DNA of 64,000 nt from Eledone cirrhosa (Eukaryota): assembly GCA_964016885.1 (NCBI GenBank), contig OZ024755.1, positions 14,446,001 through 14,510,000 on the forward strand, written 5' to 3'. Position 1 is the first letter of the stretch, and each line of letters starts with the position of its first letter. Shown here piece by piece: positions 12,500 to 23,935 of this stretch. A program made the position numbers and the translations under genes. The notes under the pieces were generated by a model. That model did no database searches and had not been told where the DNA came from. It was given only the letters and a program-made list of their open reading frames with translations.

Positions 12500-13848
12500 A
12501 TGTGTGTGTGTATGTATATATATATATATGTGTATGTGTGATTAGTGGTAAGCGGCAAAAAGGTGCAAACCAGAAATGTTGTAGCAACAACAGGGCCTCA
12601 AGAATTTTGAAAGAAAATTTAAAATTTTGAAAACAGGAACACACATTAAAAATAAATGGCAATTTCACAAACTGATACATTGGTAAATACAAATTATGTC
12701 ACTTTAACACACAGGGGATGATAGACTATGATTTAGTAACAGTAACACTTTTGCAATTGTTACGAGCAATGGAGAAATGCTGGACATGTGATATTGCGCA
12801 GAGAAGAAATGTGGTTGAAATATATAACTATGATATAACCTAGGGTTATAACCTAGAGTTCTCTTCACCCACAGCCAAGAAAGTATTGGATTTCTGTGAG
12901 TGTAAGAATACCGTCTTCTTCGTGTTTGTCTTCGTCTTCTTCGTTTTTGTCTTCGTTTTCTTCGTTTTCTTCGTTTTTTTCTACCGCTCCTCATGTTCGT
13001 CCATAATTCCCATTCTCGTTCTCTCTCTTTCTCATTCTTATTCGTTCTTTTTTTCTTCTTTCCCTGTGTTGTTTCTGTTCTTCTTGTACCCCGTTTCTTG
13101 TGCGCTTTCTATCGATCTTCTTATCATCACCACCGCCGCCACCATCGCCACCATCACCACCACTATAATAATTCTTCATCCTCCCCTCACTCTTCTTCTT
13201 TTCTCCATCACGATATTCTCCGCCCCCACACCCTTGCATTATCTCCCCTTGTCTTCCCACTTGAATTCTTCGCAAATCTTGCAATATTTAATCCCCCCAG
13301 TATATTTATTTCGTCTAAACAACAACCATTTATTATTACAAATGCCATTTATGGATTATTTATTCTAAACAAATACAAAACCAATAATAATAGTAATAAT
13401 GATAATAGTAATAATGATAATAATAATAATAATAATAACAATAATGATAATGCAGTGATATGAAAGAAGAAAAAAAAAAGCGAAGTTAAAACATGCTTAC
13501 ATTTCAACCAAGATTCGCTGCAACGCATCACATTTCAACCTTGTAATGGATGCTGTGTGGATTAAATTGAAATATTTGCGCATCTTATTATCATTATCGT
13601 ACTTATTATTATTATTACTATTATAGTTGTTGTTATTATTATTTTATTATTATTATTATTTATTTGTTGTTGTTTGTTTTGCTTTTCTTTGTAACTTCAG
13701 GTGCCATTGAAACTTACATTTTTTAGTTGTTTTTTTTTTATTTCTCTGGCGCCATTTTTAAATGGAATTGCTGTCTGCTAAAGAATCAATTCAATATTTA
13801 TTTGTTCTTTTTATATAATACCCCAATACCCCCCCTCCTACTCTCTCT

Positions 13849-13938
13849 TTCCTTATCTCTCTCACTGTCTCTCCTTATCTCTCTCACTGTCTCTCCTTAT
13901 CTCTCTCACTGTCTCTCCTTATCTCTCTCACTGTCTCT
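13849..13938. repeat. 22-bp tandem repeat (CTCCTTATCTCTCTCACTGTCT) x~4
   Basis: Direct reading of consecutive near-identical units. Confidence 0.9.
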
Positions 13939-14539
13939 ACTTTTCCCACTCTGCTTCCCTTTATCTCACCCTCTCTCAATATATGTATATATGCATTTCT
14001 ATACCAACACACGCATATATATATGTAAATGTGTGTTTATATGTTTATATTTACCCCCCCCCCCCCCTCCACACACACACATGCTACTATACACGACCAG
14101 ATTGTATGTATATTTATGTTATGTTTATACGCATGCTAGCTTCGCTATTTACTTGTGTGTATACAATACAACCATTCACAATTTTGTCTATTCACCTATA
14201 TACTTATCTTCTAGAAAACTAACTGACTTTCTCCCACTCCTATCATTCTCTCAAACACCATTTATGTCGTTCTTTCTCTCTGTCTGACTTAATACTTAGC
14301 TATCTTTCCTGATATTTCCTTCATAGATTGTTTTTTAAAGAGTTCATGTTTTGAAATAACGCATTTCATTTATTACCTCGATGCTATATATTTCACCTCC
14401 ATTTCTTTTTCTCAAATAGATTTTGTTTCGATTCTACTCGTTTACTTTAACGAATTACAGGTAAAGTTAGTTTATAAGCATCCTTTAAGTATATTTTTAA
14501 CAATTTAGTCAACGAGAGCATAGGCGCTTGTCTATGCTC

Positions 14540-14800
14540 TCTTTCGCAGCCATTGTGACCGCTGGAAAAGAAATTATCTTCAAACAAAAGACCTAGCCTA
14601 TATGTTTGTAACAGAGGGGACTATGCCAAATAGGTCTTCGCCTTATTGGGGAATTTTCTTTTGTTTCTATTTTTTTGTTACATCCTTTGTTTTAGTTATA
14701 TATGTTTTACACGCAGAAACCCACATTGTACCGTTCTGTGCTGTCCTTAGTGTATTTTTGGAGACCTTTTGTGGTCAATAAACAAATACATTATTATTAT
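14540..14800 (+). mobile_element. Probable LINE 3' end (3' UTR with AATAAA and (ATT)n tail)
   Basis: Ends CCTTTTGTGGTCAATAAACAAATACATTATTATT. The same terminal motif CCTTGTGGC(T/C)AATAAAAG recurs at ~54718-54737 and ~59743-59762, and inverted at ~6850-6880. Confidence 0.45.
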
Positions 14801-14816
14801 TATTGAAGTTAGCAGT

Positions 14817-15120
14817 GGATTGGCAGTATCGGTAGAGGGTCGGACGCCATGCTTTGACACCCTTGCCATTCTGAGTTCAAATCCCGCCGAAGTTAACTTT
14901 GCCTTTCATCCTTACGGGGTCGATAAAATAAAGTACCAGTAATACACTAGGTAATTGCTGACCTTGTGCCAAAAGTAGAAACAATTATTATTGAAGTTAG
15001 CTTTGCCTTCTTTACGAGGTTGATAAAATAAAGCAGCAGTAATGCACTGGGGTCAATTTAATCGACTTTCCCCTTCCCTTCAAATTGCTGGCCTTGTGCT
15101 TAAAGTAGATACAATTATTC
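14817..15120 (+). mobile_element. Two tandem copies of the major tRNA-derived SINE
   Basis: GGATTGGCAGTATCGGTAGAG...TTCTGAGTTCAAATCCCGCCGA...GCCTTTCATCCTTACGGGGTCGATAAAATAAAGTACCAG...CCTTGTGCCAAAAGTAGAAACAATT, followed by a 5'-truncated second copy. Confidence 0.85.
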
Positions 15121-16059
15121 TTATACATGTCTAAGGAGTACCCAACTAATTACCCGTCAACCTACGAGTTGGATATTTAGTCTTGATTGAACAATTGGGT
15201 AGTCATCGTCAAAATCGACGGAAGATCCATCATTTTAGCATCTTATCCAACTCCTCCAGAGAGATTGGACATTAGGGTAAAGTTGATTACTGCGTCATTT
15301 TAATTCATAACGTAACGACATGAAACTAAATACTGGAAAATATATAGTTCTAAATTTTACTGTTTTTTTTTGTCATTTCACCGCCATATATAATTCCAAC
15401 CAGACTAAAATTTATTAATTTCACTTTATATGAAAACAACAACAAAAGAAAAAACAAAAATACGAAAAACAAACCGAAAGAAGCCAATTGTTATATTAAA
15501 TGATATTTATCACTGTTATTTCACTGAATTGTAAATGTTCAAATGTCAGTCTGCCGGTCTGTATATCTCTCTGTCTGTCTTTCAGGCTCCATGAATCTAG
15601 CTATATATCTATCTATTTGTGTATCTCTCCCGCTATCTATCTTTATCTATCTATCTAATTGTGTATCTCTCCCGCTTTCTTTCTTTATCTATATATCTAT
15701 CTATCTGTCTGTCTATCTCTCCCGCTATCTATCTGTATCTATCTATCTGTCTATCTCTCCAGCTATCCATTTTACATATGTGAGTACGTGTTCGTGCGTG
15801 CAAATATGTGTGTGCCTGTGCTTGCGTGTGGATGCGTTTTCGTACGTGCAAATGTATGAGTGTGCGTGTGTGTATTTATTTATTTATCAATCTGTCTGTC
15901 GGAGTTTTTCCCTCTACACGTAGTCAAGTGTGAGAATGGAAATCTATCAGATCACGGTGATATGAACAACGGATATATTACAAATGAAAAGACTATCGAG
16001 CTGTAGTAGTTGTGTAAACAGTGTTTGTATTAACACATATTCCAAAGCAAGTTGACAGG

Positions 16060-16291
16060 ATTATATATATACACATACACACACACACACACATATGTGT
16101 GTACATATACATATATATATGTATGTATATGTATGTATGTATGCATATGTATGTATATGTATATATATATATATGTATATATATATGTATGTGTGTATGT
16201 ATATATATTTATGTATGTATATTTATGTATATATATGTAAATGTATGTATATATGTATATGTAAATGTATGTATATATATATATGTAAATG

Positions 16292-16344
<53 letters not shown>

Positions 16345-16345
16345 A
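16060..16345. repeat. Compound (CA)/(TATG)/(TA) microsatellite
   Basis: Direct reading. Confidence 0.95.
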
Positions 16346-18456
16346 GTGATAAAGATAACTAGAGAAATAATGAAAGAGAAATAATTGTTTCTACTTCAGG
16401 CACAAGGCCAGCAATCACCCAGTACATTACTGGTGAAAGAGAAATAATGAAAGAGTGTGAGAGATAATGACAAACAAGTTAGAAAGATAGGTAGATAGAT
16501 ATTTAGATATAGACAGATGAACAAGTAGAGAGTGTTGCACGTCTGCTCGACTTAATATTGTTATTCGGAATTTCATTATAAAACAAAGAGGCTATAGAAA
16601 ACGTTTAAACTATGTTTATGCATCTATTTATCAAGCTCAAACATTCATATATATGTATGTGTGTATGTTTACTTGTATATATGAATATATATTACATAAA
16701 ACGAAAGCATACAAAATATATATAGGTTTGTGTGTGTAATTGTGAAAGTGCATAAATGCACATGTAGATTTGTATATTAAATATGTAGGTTATTTTTGTG
16801 CAGAGAATATTTCCCAGACATCAGCAATATCTAGTACCACGTACGCTTTAAGCGAAACTGTTCATTAAGATTTTCCTTTTCTCCATTTTGTCATCGTTTT
16901 CTAGAGATTGTTATCTTTTAAAACCATTAACCTTATTAACAATGATTATCCGGAGGGAGCTATCACTGATATATATATATATATATATGGATGAATTAAG
17001 ATTTGTTAATCTGACGGAAGGATCCTGGAATTAATTCCTTCTCATGGTGGAGAAGAAAATACAAAATTATTTCTATCGGAAAGGCAGGTTTAATTAGCTG
17101 TTTGTGTAGATGAGATTCTTGGTAAACAAGTAGGTAAAGAAATCAGAAAATAAAATAAGTATATGAAATGGCTAATATTGTGAAAGCCTACGTTTTGATT
17201 TTAGGATACACATTTCGTATATCAAACGGATAATTAGCTTCTGGGTAAACAAGGAAAGTAATGAAGAATACGAAGTGTCTTCCTCTATTTTACTACTGAA
17301 TGATTAGAAATGGCAATGAAGTGAACGGTAAGATGGATGGAAGATGAGAGATGAGATAATAAAGGAAATTAAGAGTGAATAACGGTGAAAGAAATCGAGA
17401 ACATTAGGAAGGAAATAGAAATCAAAAGGGAATGAAAGAAAGAAGAAAAGAGGAGAGAGAGAACGAGACAAACAAATATAGAGAGATAGTTAGCTAGGTA
17501 GATAGATAGATAGATAGAGAAAACAAAGATACAGAGATAGTTAGATAGAAAGAAAGAGAGAGTGAGCGAGACAGTGCGAGGGAAAGATAGACATAAAGAG
17601 AGAATGGGAGAGAGGAAGCAATCAGATCTAAAAATGTAAAATAATCAGAGAAAATGAAAAGAGAAATACCGAAAGAATGAGTTAAATAGGGGCGGGGATA
17701 GAGAATGTGTAGAGAGGTATAGAATAGAAAACATAAAATATTGAAAGGAGATGAGAAAAGAGGAGGGGGAGGTAACTAGGACTAATCATTACTTTTGGTA
17801 ATTCATTGAATGATCTGACCACGAACGGAACGAAACGGAAAGCATACCTATTCTGTTTCGATTATTCAGTATTGCCTGACTAATCCGATCTGCAACACAC
17901 TACCATTTGTCAGTCTTGCAATTCTTCAATCCAGAAGACATCACGAAAGTCGGCAGTTTTACTGCGCTACATTGACTACAGTAAGCCATCACTTCGTTTC
18001 TATAATGGATGCCATTGAATCAGACGACCACGAATATCAGCCATTAATCCTGTTATTTCATTCGTATTTTTGTAATCCGTGTCTTAGACTATGATATTAG
18101 AGGCTCGTGAGAGGACAGCTATTACAAATGTTCTCCATTTATCACAAATGTCCTCCCTCCTCTTCTTCATTCAATGTGACTTAAAATGTTTAAGTTAAGG
18201 ATCTTCCATCATCGTCATACAGTCATTAAGATTCTTTAAGCAGACGTTAATAAAAAAACAAACAGCAACAAACAAACAAAAAAAAGAGGAAGATTGGAAA
18301 AATAGATTAATTGTACATTCTAATAAAGAAATGGTTTCAATACTCATGTTTCAAATACGACATTCAAATATTCTGGCCTATACAGACTATATTCACACAC
18401 ATACAGACGCATGCACATCCACACACATGTACAGACCTATGCACACCACCATGTAT

Positions 18457-18520
<64 letters not shown>

Positions 18521-18524
18521 TTTT

Positions 18525-18700
18525 TTGTACTTTTGGCACAAGGCCAGCAATTATCCCAGTGTATTACTGGTACTTTATTTTATCGACCCCCGTAAGGATG
18601 AAAGGCAAAGTTAAACTCGGTTGGATTTGAACTCAGACCATAAAGGGTTGAAACTATGCTGCAAAGCATGGCGTCCGACCCTCAACCGATACTACAAAAG
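18525..18700 (-). mobile_element. Major tRNA-derived SINE copy
   Basis: GGCACAAGGCCAGCAATT...CTGGTACTTTATTTTATCGACCCCGTAAGGATGAAAGGCAAAGTT...GATTTGAACTCAGA. Confidence 0.85.
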
Positions 18701-19687
18701 CAATACTTAATGTCAACACTGGTTTCATTATATACTGATATTTGTTTGCAGAATATATATTCACTAAGCATAATCGTCAGACATTAATGTTCACAACACA
18801 CACGCAGGCACATACACACATACGCCCCCCCCCCCCCACATATATATACCCATAACGTAATTCTCAGGGAGATTCAACGTGACACGGCTTTCATTTGAAT
18901 TGAATTACATACAAAAGACGAGTGGACTGAAGCAATGTGAAATAGAAGGTCATGTTCAAATGTAAAACGCGGCGCCGGGAATCGAACTCTCTAACCACTA
19001 AACCAAACGTCTTTATATAGTTAACGTTATGAAACAGACTGCACCAACTCTCTAGCGTGCAGTTACTCATTAATGTCTTAACAATTCGTCAAGTACATTA
19101 GTTGCTAATGAAATAATCGAAGACCAATACCTATGAATCATTAACGTCATATCTCTTGATCAGTAATCTAATAATTACTAGTCATGAGATCTCTATGATA
19201 TTTCTGTAACTTAGCATCTCAAACCGCGGTCATATATGTCAAAATATCTCTGTGTAATGATAAAGGTTATTAGTATTAACTTATTACTTATCGAAATCTC
19301 ACAAAACATAATAAAAAATATCACAATGAAGTATGAGTAAGATACTAATAGATTCTCCGTAGATTTCGACGGTGATCATTCATTCAGTTGTATCAACTGA
19401 GTGCCGCCAGTTCAGATACTAACGTTTAAGTGGTTGAGTATTCCATGGACACGTATACCCTTACTGTAATTTTCAAGCCAAATCAGAGTGAAATCATACG
19501 TGACAGAGCTGAACCTTTATAATTCCAGATACAAGTGGCTTTCACAAAGTTCTCGTTTACCCAGTTTTACACAAGGCTTGGGTCAACACGAGACTATAGT
19601 AAAGACACTTGCTCAATCTGCCATTGCACTGTGTTCAAATCCGATACTTGATTAATAAGCGATCTCTCTCTCTTTCTTAGTCTGTCT

Positions 19688-20870
19688 TTTTAGATAGATA
19701 CATAGCTATAACGGCGCGCCCTTATAATATCTTTCTGTATGCCTGGCTGTCTGCATTACGATATTATGAAAACATTGCTGACGTATTGGTTATTTTCCGT
19801 TCATTGCCAGGGAACGTCTTCACGAACCAAAGTATCGTCTTCCTGTTTGCCTTAGGTTGCAACGTTTTTCGAAATATTTACTTCTGCGTTCACAGATTGA
19901 TTCTTTTAGTTTCAGAAGATCCCGTTAAGGGTGAAAGCAGCGATTCTTTGTTTAAACTTTAATCTGTTATTTTGATATATATATATATATATATATATAA
20001 TTATATATTCGTGTACAGATATTTTTGCATACACAAAAACAAAATATAAACAAACGTATTTATTTCACGAAAGCACAGACGACTTATCGTCATTGTTACT
20101 GCTGATATGCCACCCCAAAAGTCCCACTACTTTTGGCACAAGGCCAGCAATTACATAGTCAACGGTTTAGTCTTAGTGTACTTCGTCCTGCTTTTCGGTC
20201 ATGCCTCGAAGGAAGAGATACTCCATTGGCCGAAATACTGAGAAAGCGGCAAGAAAAAGAACGAGGTGGGCAAACGAATCGTCAGTGGAATCCGCTATTC
20301 GACGATCGCAAGATGCTAACGTACTGCCACCAGAAGAGCACTTGACAACCAACGAACCATTCGCCGAACCGTGTCAGCTTTGCAATGTCTATCAACAAAT
20401 CCCAGGGTCAGACCCTAGCTGTTGCTGGTCTTCTTTTGGGAGAGTCATGTTTTTCACACGGGCTACTATACGTTGGCTGTTCAAGAGTAGGAAGCAAGAC
20501 AAATCTCTTTGCATATGCCGGACACGGAAGAACAAGGAACATTGTGTACAAGGAGGTGCTACAATCATTGTTTAGGTAGACGAGGAAGAAGGGGATATAC
20601 ACGATTGGCTGAAGAAGAACGAGACTGTGTTAGTAGTACGACCAACGGCTGCTATCACACCAACAGCAGCAACAACATCAACAAAAAAGAGAGGGAACGC
20701 AATTACATGCTTTTGAAAAATCTTAATGGAAAATTATTTGCCTAAGCACAAAATGTAGACACTATCGCCAGGCCGAGGTATTCCGTACTTCTCTGTACTG
20801 TTTCAAAAAGGAGGGATAAACATGCCAATCTATGTTTAGAAGCCTGAGCAACGCCGGGCCATTCTGCTAG
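19688..20870 (+). mobile_element. Non-autonomous, internally deleted and composite Helitron
   Basis: 19688-20126 is homologous to 44770-45085 (-). It is followed by a Helitron-type N-terminus (MPRRKRYSIGRNTEKAARKRTRWANES) and a PIF1 helicase C-terminus. The 3' end is GCCTGAGCAACGCCGGGC hairpin, then ATTCTG, CTAG (20867-20870) and T of a (TA)n tract, which is the canonical Helitron terminus. Confidence 0.85.
20370..20579 (+). pseudogene. Helitron RepHel C-terminal PIF1-family helicase fragment (motifs V-VI)
   Basis: RVSFAMSINKSQGQTLAVAGLLLGESCFSHGLLYVGCSRVGSKTNL...TRNIVYKEVL matches FAMTINKSQGQ(T/S)L..F(S)HGQLYVAxSRV..TxNIVYxEVL. Confidence 0.9.
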
Positions 20871-21399
20871 TATATATATATATATGTGTGTGTGTAGATA
20901 TGCATATATGTATGTACGTGTATGTATATTTGTGTGTGTGTATGTATATATCTGTGTAGTTGTATGTATATATGGACAGATGTAAATATATATATGTTTG
21001 TGGTTGTATGTATGTATTGTATATATGTATGAAGATCAAAGAAACATTTCTTTTTGATCAATAAGAGTAAAGGAGGAGCTTACTCTAATAGATAGCTTTA
21101 GTATTTGATTGAAGATTGAATAATTAAATAAAGCTGATAAACTGCACTGATTGTCTCTCCGTCTGGCTACTCATATTTATATAGCCTTCTAAATGAATTA
21201 TGTACGAATTCTACCCCATAAACTGTTTAGTTCATACCATAGACCCAGTATATACATGCGCATCGTCCATACAACTTGTCAGCTTCCTCCATCATCCACA
21301 CCATTTCTGACAAATTTTATTTACATTATTATTTAATTCAATTTAATTATTGTGTTGCTTTAAAATGTCGGCCATTCTGATTAATGCAATTATCATTTA

Positions 21400-21850
21400 C
21401 ACACATACACATATACGTGTGTGTATGAATGTATGAATGTATACGTATGCATATATATATGTATATATGCATGTACGTACTTATGCATATATGTATGTAC
21501 GTATGCATACATTTATGTATATATGTATGTCTGTACGTATGCATATATGTATGTACCTATGCATAGATATATGTACGTACGTATATATGTATGTACGTAC
21601 GTATATATGTATGTACGTATGCTTATATGTATGTACCTATGTTTATATGTATGTACCTATGTTTATATGTATGTACGTACATACGTACATATGTACGTAT
21701 ATACGTATGCATATATATATGTATATATGCATGTACGTACGTATGCATACATTTATGTATATATGTATGTACGTACGTATGCATATATGTATGTAACTAT
21801 GCATAGATATATGTATGTATGGATATACGTGTATGTATTTATATATGTAT
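21400..21850. repeat. TATGTACG/TATGCATA-based minisatellite with longer internal duplications
   Basis: Direct reading; TATGCATACATTTATGTATATATGTATG and TATGCATAGATATATG each occur twice. Confidence 0.9.
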
Positions 21851-22260
21851 GATTATATGATCGACTATGATGAGTCAAATGTAATTTTCTTATTGAGCCG
21901 TGACATGTGTATTAGATTGTTTAACATGACCAATTTTGTTGACATACTCTCCTATTATCTTTTGAAAATGATCGATGTTATTGCAATATCAATTTTACGA
22001 TTCTTTGCGACTGACTCTCGTGTATTTTCAGTGATGTTCACTATTGATTATAGGAAACTACAATATTTTGATTGAACGTTCGTATGCTTTTGTTTTTTTT
22101 ATTAATTTGCACACAGTTGTCGACTGGCAGTAATCACTAAATAATTTTTGATAATTCATATTCAACAGTACAGCTGCTCGTTACAGAGCTGGTGAAATAG
22201 TTTTGTTTCAACTTGATTCATTTATTCTAAGATATACATCAAAGTAAATATCAAAGATAA

Positions 22261-22556
22261 TAATATGCTTCAAGATATGATGGAATTGATGTAAATGTAA
22301 GATATTACTCCAAGGTAAGATCAAGTTGACACAAGCTTAAGAGTTGCTTCAGGGTAAACTATAAAAGTAAGAGTTGATTCAATGAAAAATCTAATTAATA
22401 CAATATTAAAATCTGCTTCAATTATCGGATTGATACAACAGTAAGATATTCTTTATATGAAATCAAGTTGATACCAAGATAATATATATTACAATCTAAA
22501 ATCATGTTGATCCAAACGTAACAGATGCTTCAATCTAATATCAAGTGCTACCTAGG
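22261..22556. repeat. Highly degenerate ~39-bp tandem repeat, about 8 units
   Basis: Units approximate TAAGATATGCTTCAAnnTAAnATCAAGTTGATACAAnn and recur at ~35-40 bp spacing. Confidence 0.6.
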
Positions 22557-23624
22557 CAAAAAAAAAGCCAGTAAAATGGAGGAAGGAGGGGAGGAGGACA
22601 ACAAAGTAAACAATCACCCAAATTTCGTTGTCTTATCAAGTGCGTGTATGCAGTAATGTTCTCTCTCGCTGTCCCCATCTCTCACTATTATATGCAAGGT
22701 AATAATCACATCAAGGGATGAAGGTGAAGTACGGGTAAAAAAACGTATTGCTCTAAGGATTAAGTTGATTCAACCTTTCCCCATTCCAAGAAATATCCGG
22801 TCAATATCTGTTATTTAACCTCAGGTCAATCTAGGATCAAAATCATTTTAGTTCTGACCATCGGCTTTTTCCTCTATTTACAGGAAATCCAAGATCATAA
22901 TACTCAACATCTTTTTTACTACTGCAAGATGTGATTTCAGTGAGATTTAGCCGCAATCTTTGTCAGATAAAGCGATAGCTCACGCAGAAAGCGATCAAAT
23001 AGAGGCTTTCTCCTTGTCACACGACGTAAAATATGTATTGATGTTCCTTGGCATTGCTCTAAAGATTGTTGGTTCTGTCTCTGAGTAAGAGGTCTATGGT
23101 AAATCTACCTGTGTACAACTGAACAAATGAAATGTCTTTTCATTTTCTTAATTTCGTTCAATAATATCTTAGTACTAACTTCTAGCTCAGCAATAGTATT
23201 TTCTTCTCAAAATATGGATAAGAATAATCAATAAGTTAAAATTTAGTCGAACATCAGTCAGTCGAACATTACATAGTTAATTAGAATATGTAATTAAACA
23301 TTCTGCTAATATGATTACTTTAAAAGAATTTAAAGATAAATATGAATAAATCTATATCTAATTACTAACCACAGCACCCATTGACAGTCTAGATATACAA
23401 CACTACGTCTATGTACATATTTGCTTCGACACAATTATGTATCCATGAGCGTAACATGCTATATAAGTAGTGTGACTTGTATTATATTTCAGTTTCTGAT
23501 GTGAAATATACTTTACAAAGAACTTTACCAGAACGTGATATTGTTTTTAAACGTAATCCCTTTAAGCGTATTCACTTTAATAACAATATTGTTTATTGTC
23601 AATAAGGATTACTGACCCCATCTC

Positions 23625-23801
23625 AGTATGTATGTATGTATGGTCCCATAACTCTTGATGGAGTCGTAGGGACGCTGTGGGGCACACAGTATTTCTTGGT
23701 TATTTTAAAACCTGGTGAAGCCCATTTGCTTTCCCGGTCTGAACACAGTCGATTTCTTCTTGAGAAAGAAAGACAGCTAGCTAGCTAGCTAGATGGATAG
23801 C

Positions 23802-23862
<61 letters not shown>

Positions 23863-23935
23863 CGACCCGACTATTAGACTAATACTTTTATTTATCGACC
23901 TAAAAAAAGATAAAAGTCAAAGTTGACCTCACACC
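23625..23935 (-). mobile_element. Major SINE variant with alternative ~120-bp tail
   Basis: TGGTCCCATAACTCTTGATGGAGTCGTAGGG...TTTTAAAACCTGG...AACACAGTCGATTTC, then (GA)n, then the SINE core AATCGACC...TTTATCGACC...AAAGTTGACCTC. The same architecture occurs at 32525, 57440, 60420 and 63020. Confidence 0.7.

Noticed and set aside
20385-20579. Host PIF1 helicase gene
   Set aside because: Only motifs V-VI are present, embedded between Helitron N-terminal sequence and a Helitron 3' end.
22261-22556. CRISPR-like array
   Set aside because: Units are contiguous degenerate repeats without conserved repeat/unique spacer alternation; eukaryotic context and no cas genes.
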